DNA of 64,000 nucleotides from Octopus sinensis (Eukaryota), in the NCBI RefSeq assembly GCF_006345805.1, contig NW_021833461.1, positions 1 to 64,000 on the forward strand, given 5' to 3'. Both the position numbers and the translations under genes were made by a program. The notes below the pieces were generated by a model. It was not told the origin of the DNA and made no database searches. It saw nothing but the letters and a program-made list of their open reading frames with translations. Shown here piece by piece: positions 12,590-25,596 of the stretch (positions are counted from its first letter, which is position 1; every line of letters starts with the position of its first letter).

Positions 12590-14424
12590 GTTTTACAAAA
12601 TGATTACATTAAATAATTCAGTTCTGTATACACTGCCTTGAAAATAAAATAAAACGGTGTGTTATGGCCGGACCACCATGGATGCTAGGCTTGCTAAACA
12701 GCAACAGAGGCAGCTACAAGAAAAAACAACAGTTACAACAGCAACAATTGTCACTAAAGAACTTTTTGCATGATCGTCGGAAATGCTGGAAATTGCAACC
12801 AAATTTCCGTTTAATTACGCTGTACTGTCTCAAAGAAGGAAGAGTACACTGGATAATACTACCTTCAGTGTACCGACTGAGAAAGTACAGACGAGACAGT
12901 CCTTACTTGATAACCTTTGATGACCGGAATCAATAAGACAGATATTACATGCACGAATAACTTGTTAGAAATAGTTGTCAAGTTACGCTCAAATCAGACT
13001 GTCATTATCTTTACACGTGATGATATTTAAGGAGGTATTTAAGTGTAGGATTAAATGATGCTTGAATAATAAACTAGATGGCCATGGCTGGAATCTTTAT
13101 GGTTATAGGCTGGCATATCAGTTAGGGCGGACGCGGTATTAAGCAACAAAGCAAAAAGAAAAAAACAGCCTTGAATCATAGGTTTAAGGTTAATCTGTAG
13201 TTTGCGTAGTTTGCGTAGTTTAGTTTCGTTACTATGGCAACAGTCCGGATACTTATTGATCAGACCACACACAACGTACCACCTGGTCTATGATTTGAAA
13301 CCACGATTTTTAGTGCAATAGCCAAACCACTAGACCATCCACCGTCACTCACTGCAACACATAAAATAGATAGCCGCCATGACAGGAAGAAATATTTGCA
13401 AATTTCTCGATGAAACATCATGATTCTGTGCCGTATCTTTATGACACCATTTTATTCTTTTCCTCTCTTATCTTCAAAATCGTGAAACAGATAAAGAAAG
13501 AAGCGTCTATCATTAGTGAACAATCAGTAAGCGAATTAGTAACGCAATTTAAGAATTTTTAACTCATGACGTGTTTGACTGTCTTCGTCAAGTTTCTAGT
13601 TTGTGTTACAGCTAAAATTCACGTAAAAGAATTCCACATTCGTCACTTTTGGTGTTATTTAATCACAGGTCAGCTCTGCTTAATTAGATCCGTGATCAAA
13701 AATGTTCCAGCTTTGCTCATCTCACTCTCTTTTTTACTTTTGAAGGCATAGAATATCTAGGACAATAATAGTGAACTTATATAACATACGTGTTAACAGT
13801 GACACAGCGCAGATTTTTAGATGACGCATAACTCGAAAAGAAAAAAAACCTTCCTGCAATTTTGTGTTATAAAAAGCTTACCTAAAACGCATTTGTATAT
13901 GTAAATGACATCGACAAGTCTAAATTCATGTGTCCCACGTAAATGACACAATCAAATAACATGACAGTTAGAGACTCTTCAATTTTCCACACCTTAGAGG
14001 CTCGCCTTTACACATTTTGGATTACATTATCAAACACTCCCATTTTAAGATAGTGGGATTAGAATTTACAGAAATTTGTTTCCTAGACCTGTCTCTCTTT
14101 GCCTCAAGTATAACAGCGATTGTAAATTATACAGTATTATATAAGTCATAAACTGTAGACCACCTAACTTCGCAACAATGAGTTACAACCACGGTTAGAA
14201 TAGCTTATCACACACTAAAATTAAACAAAACTTATACAATGATTTTCAGTTCATTTTTAACCAATCGCCATCAAATCATTTATCACATTGACTACCTCCG
14301 TTTCATAAAAATACTAAATTCAAGCTCGTCTGGTCCTCTCCATTTCATTTAATAATAAGAGAATGAGGAATTGGTTTGATGAAGAACTTTAAGACTAACT
14401 GCAAAATCAATCTAGTTATTTCAT

Positions 14425-15100
14425 TTTTCTTTCTTTTTTCTATTTTACTTGTTTCAGTCATTCGACTGCGGCCCTGCTGGAGCAACGCCTTTTAATCGAA
14501 CAAATCGACCTCAGGACTTATTCTTTGTAAGCTTAGTACTTATTCTATCGGACACTTTCCCCCGAACCGCTATGTTACGAGGACGTAAACACATCAACAT
14601 CAGTTGCTAAGGGATGTTGGAGCGACAAACACAGACACACAAATACATACATACATATATATGCGAAGGCGCGTGGCTTAGTGTTTAGGGCATTCGGCTC
14701 ACGGTTGTGAGCTCAATTCCCGGCGACGCGTTGTGTCCTTGAGCTGGACACTTTATTTCATGAGTCCATTCAGCTAGCAAAAATGAGTAGTACCTGCATT
14801 TCAAAGGGCCAGCCTTGTCACACCATGTGTCACACTCAATCTCCTTGAGAACTACGTTAAGGGTACACGTGTCTGTGGAGTGCTCAGCCACTTTCACGTT
14901 AATTTCACGAGCAAGGTGTTCCGTTGATCGTATCAGCTGGGGCCCTTTCAGTTTTCCTCTACCAAATGTACTGACAAGGGTTTGGATGGCCCGATGCTAT
15001 AGTAGAAGACACTTGCCCAAGATATCACGGAGTGGGACTGAACCCGGAAACTATGTGGTTGGGAAGCAAACTTCTTACCACATAGTCACGCCTGCACCTA
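14425..15100 (-). mobile_element. CORE-like SINE interrupted at its internal microsatellite by a plus-strand SINE (14666-14940)
   Basis: 3' half 14425-14640, 5' half 14940-15100; the insert begins aaggcgcgtggcttagtg. Confidence 0.75.
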
Positions 15101-15469
15101 TTTACTTACGTAAGTGAGGTGGTTTGAAAAAATACTGCAAAACCGGTATTTGTTCCGGTTCTGTATGTTCTGAATTCAATTCCTACCGAGATCAACATCG
15201 TCAATGATTATTTCAAAATCGATAAAATAAATCATCAGCCACGTATACCTGGGTCGATATAATCCTTTATGACTGTTCACTTTCCCAAAGCTTGAGATGC
15301 TATGCCTGTGTAAGAAGTAGCGGATTTATGTGGGTTTAGACATAACGAAAAATGACGAGATGGTCAGCAGTGTAGTTCTTTTATCATAGGTCTCCTTGAT
15401 CAGGGCTGACCTGTAATTAAGGATCAACAATGAACAGGTTGAATAAATCAATTGTAAATACACTATAGT

Positions 15470-15725
15470 GGAGGCACATGACCTAGTGGTTAGAGTAGCG
15501 GACTCGCAATCTCTCGATTGCGAGTTCGAATCTTGGGCGATGTGTGTACTTATGAGCGAAAAGGTAATGGTGAACTTCTGACACTTTCGCCACAACTTTC
15601 TCTCATTCTTTCCGCCTGCTCACCTGCAACAGACCAGCGTCCCGTCCAGATGGGGAAACTATATGCCAATGAAACTGGGAAAACCAGGCATGGCTCGAAA
15701 AGGAACAAACAACAACGAACAACAA
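15470..15725 (+). mobile_element. tRNA-derived SINE with RTE-like tail
   Basis: gaggcacatgacctagtggttagagtagcggactcgc...gagttcgaatc head. Confidence 0.7.
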
Positions 15726-15966
15726 ATACACTACACCTCAAAAAGATGAGACGATCATTGCTTGGAATGTTTCGTCGATCATGACTGAACAACTGTACAA
15801 CAAAAACAAAGGAGATGGGTATTTAAAGGAACACCGGAAGAGCTACTGCCCAGATGTTCTCTACGAGAACTCCCAACCACTGGACCGTGGAATGGTTGAA
15901 ATGCTGGCAGCCAAACCGAAGAGATCCTATATGATTTAATTATTGAAAACACACATACGCACAGGC

Positions 15967-16031
<65 letters not shown>

Positions 16032-16197
16032 TGGCGTGCGGTGACTTCCGGGGCTGGACATGCAATGAATTTCTTTGCCCCCCCCCCCCCGGGCAATTTT
16101 CAGGAAAAAATTATAGAATTCCTACGATTTACATATGGGAGATTCTGAATATGCAATCAACCCCGTATGACCTAGAATAAAAAAAAAACGTCGCCCT

Positions 16198-16449
16198 GGT
16201 ACTATTTAAGAAGAGTGGTCCCGTTGCGCGCGCTCGCGCATCCGCACTGGCTAGTCGTGACTAGTCAATCCTACGACTATCTAGCAAATAAATAAATTTT
16301 TTAAACAAAATATATAAAACACAAAAACACAAAGTAAATAATGTTTTAAACAAAGTAAATAAAACACAAAGTAAGGATCGACTAGTCACGACTAGCTGGC
16401 GTGGATGCTCGGGTGCGCGCACCGGGACCACTCTTCTTAAATAGTACCC
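16198..16449. mobile_element. MITE nested in the hAT element
   Basis: About 74-bp TIRs ggtactatttaagaagagtggtccc...ctagtcgtgactagtc around an AT-rich core; no clear TSD. Confidence 0.8.
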
Positions 16450-16665
16450 ATGATTTTTAAATTGTTTGCAATACTCATCAAATTTGTTGAAATTCGAAAG
16501 TTCCATGAATTTAAACTCTTCTAAGGATGAATATCGTGCTTTTATTTGGTCAACTATTGTACTGATAATTTTGTCATAAAGCATTTTATAATGTCGTTGG
16601 GGCTCAATAGATATATTCTTAGATCTCTGAATTCCGATTCCTGCATCGACTCCATATTTTTCCCC

Positions 16666-16976
16666 CCGGGTTCAGTTCCACTGCGTGGCACCTTGGGCAA
16701 GGGTCTTCTACTATAGTCTCAGGCCGACCAAAGCCTTGTGAGTGGATTTGGTAGACGGAAACTGAAAGAAGCCCGTGGTATATATGCGTATGTGTGTTTG
16801 TGCGTCTGTGTTTGTCCCCCTAGCATTGCTTGGCAACCGATGCTGGTGTGTTTATGTCCCCGTTACTTAGCGGTTCGGCAAAATAGACCGATAGAATAAG
16901 TCCCGGGGTCGAGTTGCTCGATTAAAGGCGGTGCTCGAGCATGGCCGTAGTCAAATGACTGAAACAAGTAAAAGAG
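16666..16976 (+). mobile_element. 5'-truncated CORE-like SINE inside the hAT transposase
   Basis: Matches the family at 8991-9402. Confidence 0.85.
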
Positions 16977-17499
16977 ATTGAAAAATTATCAAGTTTGTTT
17001 TCGAGTACACTTCTAGTTTTATCTATTTGATCTTTACAATACACTATGTCATGACTTTTACTCTGGAGGATGTTAAATATGAAAAAAGAAAAAATCTCAC
17101 TGAATACTTCTAACAAAAATAAGAAATCAGGAGCTTTTAAAGTTTGTAAGAATCCAATTGCTGAATTTATGATGGTATCATCCCATGCTTCAGGATTTTC
17201 AATGATGTGCTCAAAAAGGCTGATTATGAAATGATAATTTTCCTTTGTGGTAATAATAAGCCGTGAGGTTGTTGCCTTCGGAAATCTTTTTTTTAACAAT
17301 GTTATCTAATGCATTAGCCCTTTTCGGTGTTGGTCTCCCACCGATATAATTAATTATTTTCCATCGAATTCTCCTTTCGAAAAACTATTTCTCAAAATAT
17401 CGTTTATTACACACATTTCACTCATTTCGTAAAAGGCTGTTCTTATATACGAACACACGTGGAAGCGCCGGCGTAAATTGTAAGTCAATTTCAACAAAA

Positions 17500-17900
17500 C
17501 AGAAAGATACAGAAAGTGGGTATCATGCGGTCAGCTCATAGCATGACATGCCACTGAGAGAAAGGGGAAGGGGGTACAAAATATTATGAACGACCTTTCC
17601 TCCTAGCATCTGTTTTATCAATTCACTAAGAGAGAGAGAGGAAGGAGGGACAAACTAAGAGACAGAGAGGGAGGTCATGCGGGTCTTCCCACAGCATAGC
17701 CACTAAGAGAAAGAGGAAGGGGGTAAAAATATTTCAAATGCCCTATCCCCTTAGCATGTCTTTTAAACAAGTCGCTAAAAGTGAGAGAGAGAGGAAGGAA
17801 GGACAAACTGAGACAGAGAGGGAGTGTCTAACATGCTGGTCTTGTCAATGCATGACTTCTAAAAGCAGAAGTAGAGTCACTGAGAGAGAAGAAGGGGAGA
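17500..17900. repeat. Degenerate ~160-bp tandem repeat (about 3 units) in the hAT subterminal region
   Basis: Recurring catgcgg...ccact(g/a)agagaaag(g/a)ggaagggggta(c/a)aaa. Confidence 0.55.
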
Positions 17901-19493
17901 AAAATACAACTGGACGGATTTTCTTTGAAACAAAGTAACTATTTTATCTAATTTTCCGATCATATGGATAAAAAAAATCACAGGGCATGCAACGCATACC
18001 TTGCATACCTGAGAGTGCACGCCCCTGAGATATATATATATATATATATAACTGAATAACAGTAGAGTTACAGGTGTCAATCCATTACGACCGTTTCTAA
18101 CGGCTCCTTTATTTGATTAATAAAAGCATTACATCATTGTAAAGAAACCGTTTTCCTCAGATGAATTCATGAACTTCAAAACATAGATCAAATACATACA
18201 CATATTCATTTATTCATTTATAAAATATATGAAAGGACATTCAAAATGATTTAACATAGTTTAAAATCCACGGAGCCAAAACATTTACAGTGATTCAGCT
18301 ATTATTTCAGTTGACAGAATGGATTTACCAGAAAAGTGTATAACAGAAATTTAGAGGTAAGTAGAGTTTTTAGAAAGGGGAAGGAATAATTGACCCCAGT
18401 GACCCACTTGTCTTTACTTCTAACAAGAGAGGGGTGTGCGGCTCCATTAGGTTTATTTATTAAGGAGTTGCTTGATGTGTACTGGCCAGTGGTAAGAAAC
18501 TTATTTGTGGTCACGCCAACCTACTAAATTATCAAGGTAGTTTGTGATGGAACCAATATACAAGGTTTATCTCCACAAATCGACAAGGCGGAGAGCAGTA
18601 ACAAAGAAGTGAGGGATACGGGGGGAGGATAGGAGAAAGAAAGAAAGAAAGAAAGAAAGGAAGGAAGGAAGCTGACCAACTGTTACTAATTACTATAATA
18701 CAAGAGGAAGACTGAAGGATAATGGAATAAGGGTTATGGGGGCAAAGATCTAAACTATGACTAGGAATCGAACCTACTGCAATAATCAACACGTGCTTCC
18801 TCGCACACTTTTCAAAGACTGTTACTATGGCAACAGGCAAACGTGTTCTCATGTTCCGCTCGTTACTATCGAAACAGACATGAATGTTTCTGTGGCTTAC
18901 GATTGGCTAAAATTACCAAAATTTTCAAACTTTAATTGCTAACAACTTTTTATTGATTGATTTATAACGAAATTACTTTCACGTCATTAATTAGTCTATA
19001 AAAGTGTATCATTACACTGAATATGAAATCAGCCAAACAGAAAAGAACCATTATATATCATGCATTTTATTGTGTTTTGTTATACGTGTAATCTCCCGGT
19101 CTACGGGAAAAGTTATTTTCGAGATTGTTTTTCTATACGGTGCATTAGACTGGTGTATATACCAGTTTCTGTTAAGTTCAATTTCCAGCAAAGGACTGCT
19201 TTATTTTACATCTTGTTGAGGCTTACAAACACAATATTATTCAAGTGCGTTTCGCTGGTGGAGTCATTAGAGGCTTGACTAAGATTTCTTGTGGCGCCTT
19301 CAGCTCTTTACATTCTGTGTTCAAATTCTGCCATGGCCTGCTTGAGTGGTAGACTTAATCCATGATCTGATGTAGAAACTGTCCAACATTGGAGTCCGTG
19401 GAAAGCTGCTGCAGTGGATAAAGTGTTTCCTAACAACATTGTGCTTAAATAGAATTAGTCATTAAAGATATCATTTCATACAATACAATAGAC

Positions 19494-20386
19494 CGAACAT
19501 GCCTTCTGTCGGATCTGTTTGCTGTTGTCCAGCAGACGGAAAAAGAACAATACGCTTCTAAATAAAGATAAGTTTAATTTGATCCACTTTGGAAAAGCGG
19601 ATACTCTGAAACTATTATATGACCTTCCCTCGGGCGACTCTCTAGTGTTATCCAACAGCATCAAAGACCCTGAAGTAATTGTTGATAACAATCTAAGCTG
19701 GAGTTCCCACGTAAACAGCAAGGTTAACTTGCTCCTGGATTCTGAGAACTTTCCGGTCTAGAGATGCCCACACCATCATCCTTCTCAACTCTACTTTTGC
19801 CCGACCCCACCTTGAATATTGTTTCCTACTGTGGTCTCCCCTGCACGAAGCAACTCATTTTGAAAGTAGAATCAATCCAGAGGTCAATAACAAGAAAGAT
19901 AGACGGCATGACAGGCATTAACTATTGGGGTCGACTAAAAAAAACTCAATCTCTATTCTCGCCAACGCCGCCGGGAGCGTTGTATGATGTGGAAAATATT
20001 TCATCAATATTGCACAAATGTTGTTAGCATCAATTTTAAAATCCACCCAAGACTTGGCCCCCGTGCTATCCGCCCACTACAAAATTTGAACTCAGGACAC
20101 AAAACAACATTACACCACAACTACTTTACCTTAACTGGTCCAGCTCTCCTTAATACCATTCCTAAATACGTCAAAACGGAAACGGATCACACGAATTTCA
20201 AAAGTTCACTGTAAAAATACCGGACCAACCTCCTACACCCGGATATGTCTCCAACAATAATAACTCTTTGCTAGAGTGGGCCATGGTGCCCCATATGTGA
20301 CTAAAAATCTTCACCAGGTGATGATGTTAAGTTAGACATTGATTGAGCCTATACTGGTCGAAACCTATCAAAGTTATCAAAGTTAT
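19494..20386 (+). pseudogene. 3' fragment of CR1/L2-like LINE (RT C-terminus and tail)
   Basis: LNKDKFNLIHFGK, DNNLSWSSHVNSKV, LKVESIQRSITRKIDGM.INYWGRLK; ends in short tandem tail atcaaagttatcaaagttat. Confidence 0.8.
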
Positions 20387-20388
20387 GC

Positions 20389-20720
20389 GTATGTCTAGAC
20401 ATGCAACTATATGCATGAGAATAGATAAATAAAACAAAACATACAAATCTTCGCATGAAGACACCAGATCCTGCATACATAGACAAATACATGCAAAGAT
20501 ACTCTGTTGATGTGGAAATTCCAATAAAGAAGCCTTGGATCTAGGGTAGAAACCGGTTCTTTCTCTATTGGCAAGAAATATTGAAATAAACTGAATAATG
20601 GCATGCATGCAGACATACATACATACATACATACATACATACATACATACATACATACATACATACATACATACATACATACATACATACATACATACAC
20701 GCATGCATACATACATACTT
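20389..20720. repeat. Unclassified dispersed repeat with (CATA)n; inverted homolog near 43130-43195
   Basis: ttgtatgttttgttttat...atgcata(t/g)agttgcat(g/a)tctagacat is shared between the two sites. Confidence 0.55.
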
Positions 20721-20945
20721 ACTTACGGTGGGGTACCTTCAAACTCGAGCAGTTTTTCTCTCAAGATTTCTCAGTCCGAAGTTATGGTTAGTGGACGCCT
20801 TCTCAGGGTACTGTACAACGCGATCGAACTAAGAACATTGTGTTTTGGAAGCAAACTTAACTCCGCAGACACGCCTGCACTTAAATAGAATTAGTCATTA
20901 AAAATATCATGTCATACAATACAATAGACATTTCAAGTATGTGTA

Positions 20946-20986
<41 letters not shown>

Positions 20987-21177
20987 GTGCTCTTTTATTA
21001 GTGCAGAGAATGAGGTATTGTTGGTCTGTTTCGCTAAACCCCATTCATCTATTGTTTTTAAAAGTATCTGATCTTAAAATAGATTGTCAACTGGCGTGGC
21101 ATAAACTCGTCCACAGGCATACACAGGCACACACGCACACACACCACGCATACGCGTAGATACACACGCATGCTTAT

Positions 21178-21217
<40 letters not shown>

Positions 21218-21220
21218 CAC

Positions 21221-21251
<31 letters not shown>

Positions 21252-21278
21252 CATATATATATATATACATATATATAC

Positions 21279-21311
<33 letters not shown>

Positions 21312-21328
21312 CATATATATATATATTA

Positions 21329-21365
<37 letters not shown>

Positions 21366-21366
<1 letters not shown>

Positions 21367-21745
21367 CTAGCAGTATCGCCCGGCGTTGCTCAGGTTTGTA
21401 AGGGAAATAACTATAAAGCATTTTTAGAGAGTTATAGCCAAAAAATAGCAAAAAAATGGAAAAAAATGATGGTAAATTTTTTTTGAGATATAAAAAAGGT
21501 GGAGTTGCGTCCCCTAGACAGTTTGTGGTTCGTGTTTCTGATTCTCGACCCCATGTCGAATTTATCGTTCTTTTTCAGAACTGGAGGAACTTTTCAAAAT
21601 TTTCACTGCGTTAGTTTTGAATTATGACATTGGGCTATGTGTGTGTCAAGTTTCATCAGAATCGGTTGAAAGCCGTGGTCAGGGTGAGGGTACAAGCAAA
21701 CAGACACACAGAAACACGCACAGACAAACTGCCGTTTATATATAG
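21366..21745 (+). mobile_element. Non-autonomous Helitron/HINE-like (Lep1-type) element in (TA)n
   Basis: Starts actagcagtatcgcccggcgttgctcagg; ends acagacaaactgccgtttatatataga after an (ACAG/AC) tract. Confidence 0.65.
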
Positions 21746-21847
21746 AGAGATATAGATATATACATATATATATGTATATATATATATACACACACACATA
21801 TATATGTAAAAAGTAAAAAATATATACAAACTGGGACAAGAACGTGA

Positions 21848-21886
<39 letters not shown>

Positions 21887-22081
21887 TTATATATATATAT
21901 ATATATTATATATATATATATTTATATTTATATATATATATATATATATTTATAAATATATATATATTTATATATATATATATATAATTTATATATATAT
22001 ATAATATATATAATATATATATATATATACACACATATATATATTTATATATATATATATATATACACACATATATATATT

Positions 22082-22110
<29 letters not shown>

Positions 22111-22112
<2 letters not shown>

Positions 22113-22774
22113 ATAGAAATATTAAAATTACTAAGTCTCTCTAAAAGAGAACAACGGCAGCGTTCCCGGAAAATATTAGTTATCGCCATACTAATATGGC
22201 ATTCTTATAAAAATAAGAAAAAATAAGAAAAAAGCTGACCGCTTATTAGCTCCATGAGGCCATCGCCTTAAGTTAGCTATTTGATACACATCTGTATCCA
22301 TATAACCTTTGAACAAGGGAGGTCAGTCGCTCCACACTACTTCTTATTTTCTTATTTTTTCTTATTTTTATAAGAATGCCATATTAGTATGGCGATAACT
22401 AATATTTTCCGGGAACGCTGCCGTTGTTCTCTTTTAGAGAGACTTAGTAATTTTAATATTTCTATTATTGAAAACAAGTGGATGTATTCCACCGAAGCTA
22501 GGTAAATAAAACCTTTGAACAGAGATTGTCGGAAGCGACACCTACTGGTTTGGCTACGCTGCATTGAAAAGGGGCAATACCCCGAAACGCGTCTGTAGCT
22601 GCCGGCCAAGTAGTGTGGAGCGACTGACCTCCCTTGTTCAAAGGTTATATGGATACAGATGTGTATCAAATAGCTAACTTAAGGCGATGGCCTCATGGAG
22701 CTAATAAGCGGTCAGCTTTTTTCTTATTTTTTCTTATTTTTATAAGAATGCCATATTAGTATGGCGATAACTAA

Positions 22775-22778
<4 letters not shown>
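22111..22778 (+). mobile_element. PLE pseudo-LTR/retrozyme-like unit: inverted arm plus 1.2 direct monomers (372-nt period)
   Basis: 22111-22342 is inverted relative to 22343-22778; taagaatgcc recurs at 22371 and 22743; HHR at 22552-22599. Confidence 0.8.
22552..22599 (+). ncRNA. Minimal type I hammerhead ribozyme, U3:A8 variant
   Basis: tgca-TTGAAAA-gggg-caata-cccc-GAAA-cgcg-TC-tgta. Confidence 0.65.
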
Positions 22779-22842
<64 letters not shown>

Positions 22843-22844
22843 TT

Positions 22845-25570
22845 GTGTGTTCATAGAGGTGGCTCCATTAACCACTACTGCCTGGCTCCTATCTTTCAGG
22901 AAGTTATACAACCACACTCCAAGTTTTCCAGCTATGCCGAGGTCACGTAGTTTGTGGCATATCATACCATGATCCACCTTGTCAAAAGCTTTTGCAAAAT
23001 CAAGGTAGATTACGTCCACATTTGATTTGTTGAGTAACTACCTCAACACCCAGTCATAATGCTGTAAGAGCTGGGTCAGCCAGCTCCTACCTGGTCGAAA
23101 ACCATGCTGGGTATTACTCAGCAAGTTATTTTCCTCAAGGAATGCGATTAGTTTCTTTCTAACTATCCGTTCCATGACTTTGCTGATGTGTGAAGTCAGA
23201 GAGATAGGCCTATAGTTTTTGGCATCTGCTCTACTTCCCCCTTTTTGTATTGGGCATATTATTCGCAAGAAAGCTCTGGAAGAGAATCTTGAGGGGTTTT
23301 GCCAGGGCATGCTTACACACTTTGAGGAGGATGGCTGGGAAACCGTCTGGACCAGCAGCTGAGTTTGTGTCCACTTCATCTATGGCTAGTAGGACATCTT
23401 TTTCGCTGATGTCAATACATTTTATTGTAACCGCCTCGCTGGTTATAGGTGAGGCGGCAAAGAAGTCCACTAGTTCGTTCACTTGTCTGTGTTCCAACGG
23501 GGTAGTAAAGACACTTTTGAACTGGTCATTTAGCATCTCACTGATCATAGTTGGACTGTCTGTGAGGGAGCCTTTTGGAGGAGGGGTCCTATCTTGTAGT
23601 GCACTGAGACTGTTTCTTTCGCGTAATGAAAGAAGGCCTTTGGGTTTGATTTAATGTTTTTTATAACCCAGGCTTCTTTGTCTGCTTTCTCCTTCACATA
23701 GGATTGTTGCAGCCTTTTTTCGATCTCCATCAGTGTTGTTTTTAGGCGGGACGTTTCGCTACTTTTGGGATGTTGGTTGAGACGATTTGCAACCTTCGTC
23801 CGTCGTCTCATGAGGATCTTCCTGTCTCTTGGAATCTTGCTCCTATTTGTTTTGGCCTTGTGCTCTGGGACATATTTCTGGCATACGGCTTGCACAGAAG
23901 ACATGAAACATTCTAGTTTCATGTCAATGTCTGGTGTGGAGAGACATTCCGGCCAGTCCTCTCTGAGGATCTCTTTTTGGATCGACTTCCAATCTGCTTT
24001 GTGGAAGTTCAGATTGGAGAGATTTCGGGTGCTTCCTTTAGGCTGTATGTCTCTGGTTACTTTCGGCCCAAACATAGACAGCTCTATTATGTTATGATCC
24101 GAAACTGATGTCGGTGTCACTTTTACATCATGAATGATGTCCATATTGTTCGTGAAGCAGAGATCCAGAATGTTATTCGCCTTAGTTGGCTTGAGTACAA
24201 CTTGCTCCATGAATAAGGCATTGGTGAGGTTGAGCAGGGACTCCACCTGTACTTGCTTGCAATGATTCATTCCTGAGAGTATGTGACCTTCGGGCCATTT
24301 GACGTTGGGGAAGTTGAAATCACCCATACGAAATATGGTCACGTGGTGTTCCAGATTCATGAGGATTTCTTTAATTCTTGTGAGGCAATCTTCAAACTTG
24401 CCTATGTGATTTGGGGGCAATATGTATTGCATATGACTATATTATGTTGTCTTATGTATACAATTAAGGTGTCACATACCGAATTTGAGTATGTCATCAA
24501 GACCTGGGGTGTGAGGTCATCTCGGATGTATACAGCAACTCCACCATGGCTCCTTTCCCTTCTGTCTGTTCGCAGTATGGCATAGTTTGGTATGTGTACT
24601 TCTGTGTCCTCTATATCAAGGTTGAGGTGAGTTTCCACAAGTGCTATGCATAGGGCTTGATTGCATGCAGTAAGATCTCTCAGGAAAGAAATTTTGTTTC
24701 TATTTTGATGCAACATGCCTCCAATATTTAGTAAAAGTATTGGGGTGACGGCTGTGCAGGCGTTAGGGGAGGCCATGCTGTGTCTGTTGACTGCGGTGGT
24801 CTTGCATAGTGGTGGACAGGGTTCCTTCTCTGAGCTTGGTGTAGCAAGGTTAGCTGCCGGACAATTCTTTCCGCCATGCATAAAAAAGACTCTTGCTTAG
24901 CTGCTGCGTTGCGCAGAACATCTGAGGAGCGCACTTCGTTTTTGAAAGTTTTCCTGGGAGACATTTCTTGTGTTCCCTCGGTAAAGTTTTTCTCTTTGAG
25001 TCCCCTGAAGTTCTGGCGGGGTGTCGGGTGGGCGAACCGGCAGTTTTTGCCGTCCTCACCATGCCAACATTTGCCTCGCAGGTAGAACTTACAGGTTCTT
25101 CGGTGCCTTCCAGATTTCTTTTTCCTGAAGTGTACTGGGTGGCATTGGATCCTCCATGGGGTTCTCTGCTGTTTGTGTGGTGGGTTGGGGTTTCAGCTTT
25201 GGTTGTTTTGCCTTTTCCCTCCTTATTTTTGTTTTCGGTCCTTCCTTTTTTCTTCTGTTTTTCTAATTTTTCTAATTTTTCATTTCTTCGTAGGACCACT
25301 AGTACATAGGGGGCTTCCGGTTTCTGCTCCCTTGGCTCCCCTATCCTTCACTACTTGGTGGTTCACCGGGGTAGATGATCCATTTTCCTGAGGAACCCCT
25401 GGATCACAGAGACTTCCGGCTTCCTTCTCTTTTTCGTCCTCTTCATCCTCATCAGCCTTGCCACAATAATTTTCAATTATGTTGTCCAGTGTTTTGATGT
25501 GTGGTCTTATAATCATGTAAAACCGGATAAACTCATTTTTCTTCCGCTCTATCTGGTCAATGGTTCTATG
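22845..25570 (-). pseudogene. CR1/L2-like LINE: N-terminal CCCH region, APE endonuclease, RT N-half; frameshifted, both ends in (TA)n
   Basis: CKFYLRGKCWHGEDGKNCRFAHP; LNIGG...ALVETHL...RTDRRERSHGGVAVY; MGDFNFP; NILDLCFTN; SDHNIIE; PIQKGGSRADAKNYRPISLTS; QHGFRPGRS; YLDFAKAFDKVDH. Confidence 0.9.
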
Positions 25571-25596
25571 AAAACCATATATATATATATATATAT

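Larger units (their letters stand above)
16029..18027 (-). mobile_element. Internally deleted hAT (Tip100/ZMYM1-like) transposon
   Basis: TIRs cagtggcgtgc (16029) / gcacgcccctg (to 18027); 8-bp TSD atatatat vs agatatat. Transposase remnants: GRPTP, DNIVKKRFPKA, WDDTIINSAIGFLQTLKAPDFLFLLEVFSEIF...LQSKSHDIVYCKDQI, YDKIISTIVDQIKARYS. Confidence 0.8.

Noticed and set aside
15470-15545. tRNA genes at SINE heads (also 5420-5487, 41130-41197, 56855-56927)
   Set aside because: They have A/B boxes but no complete cloverleaf, and continue into SINE bodies.
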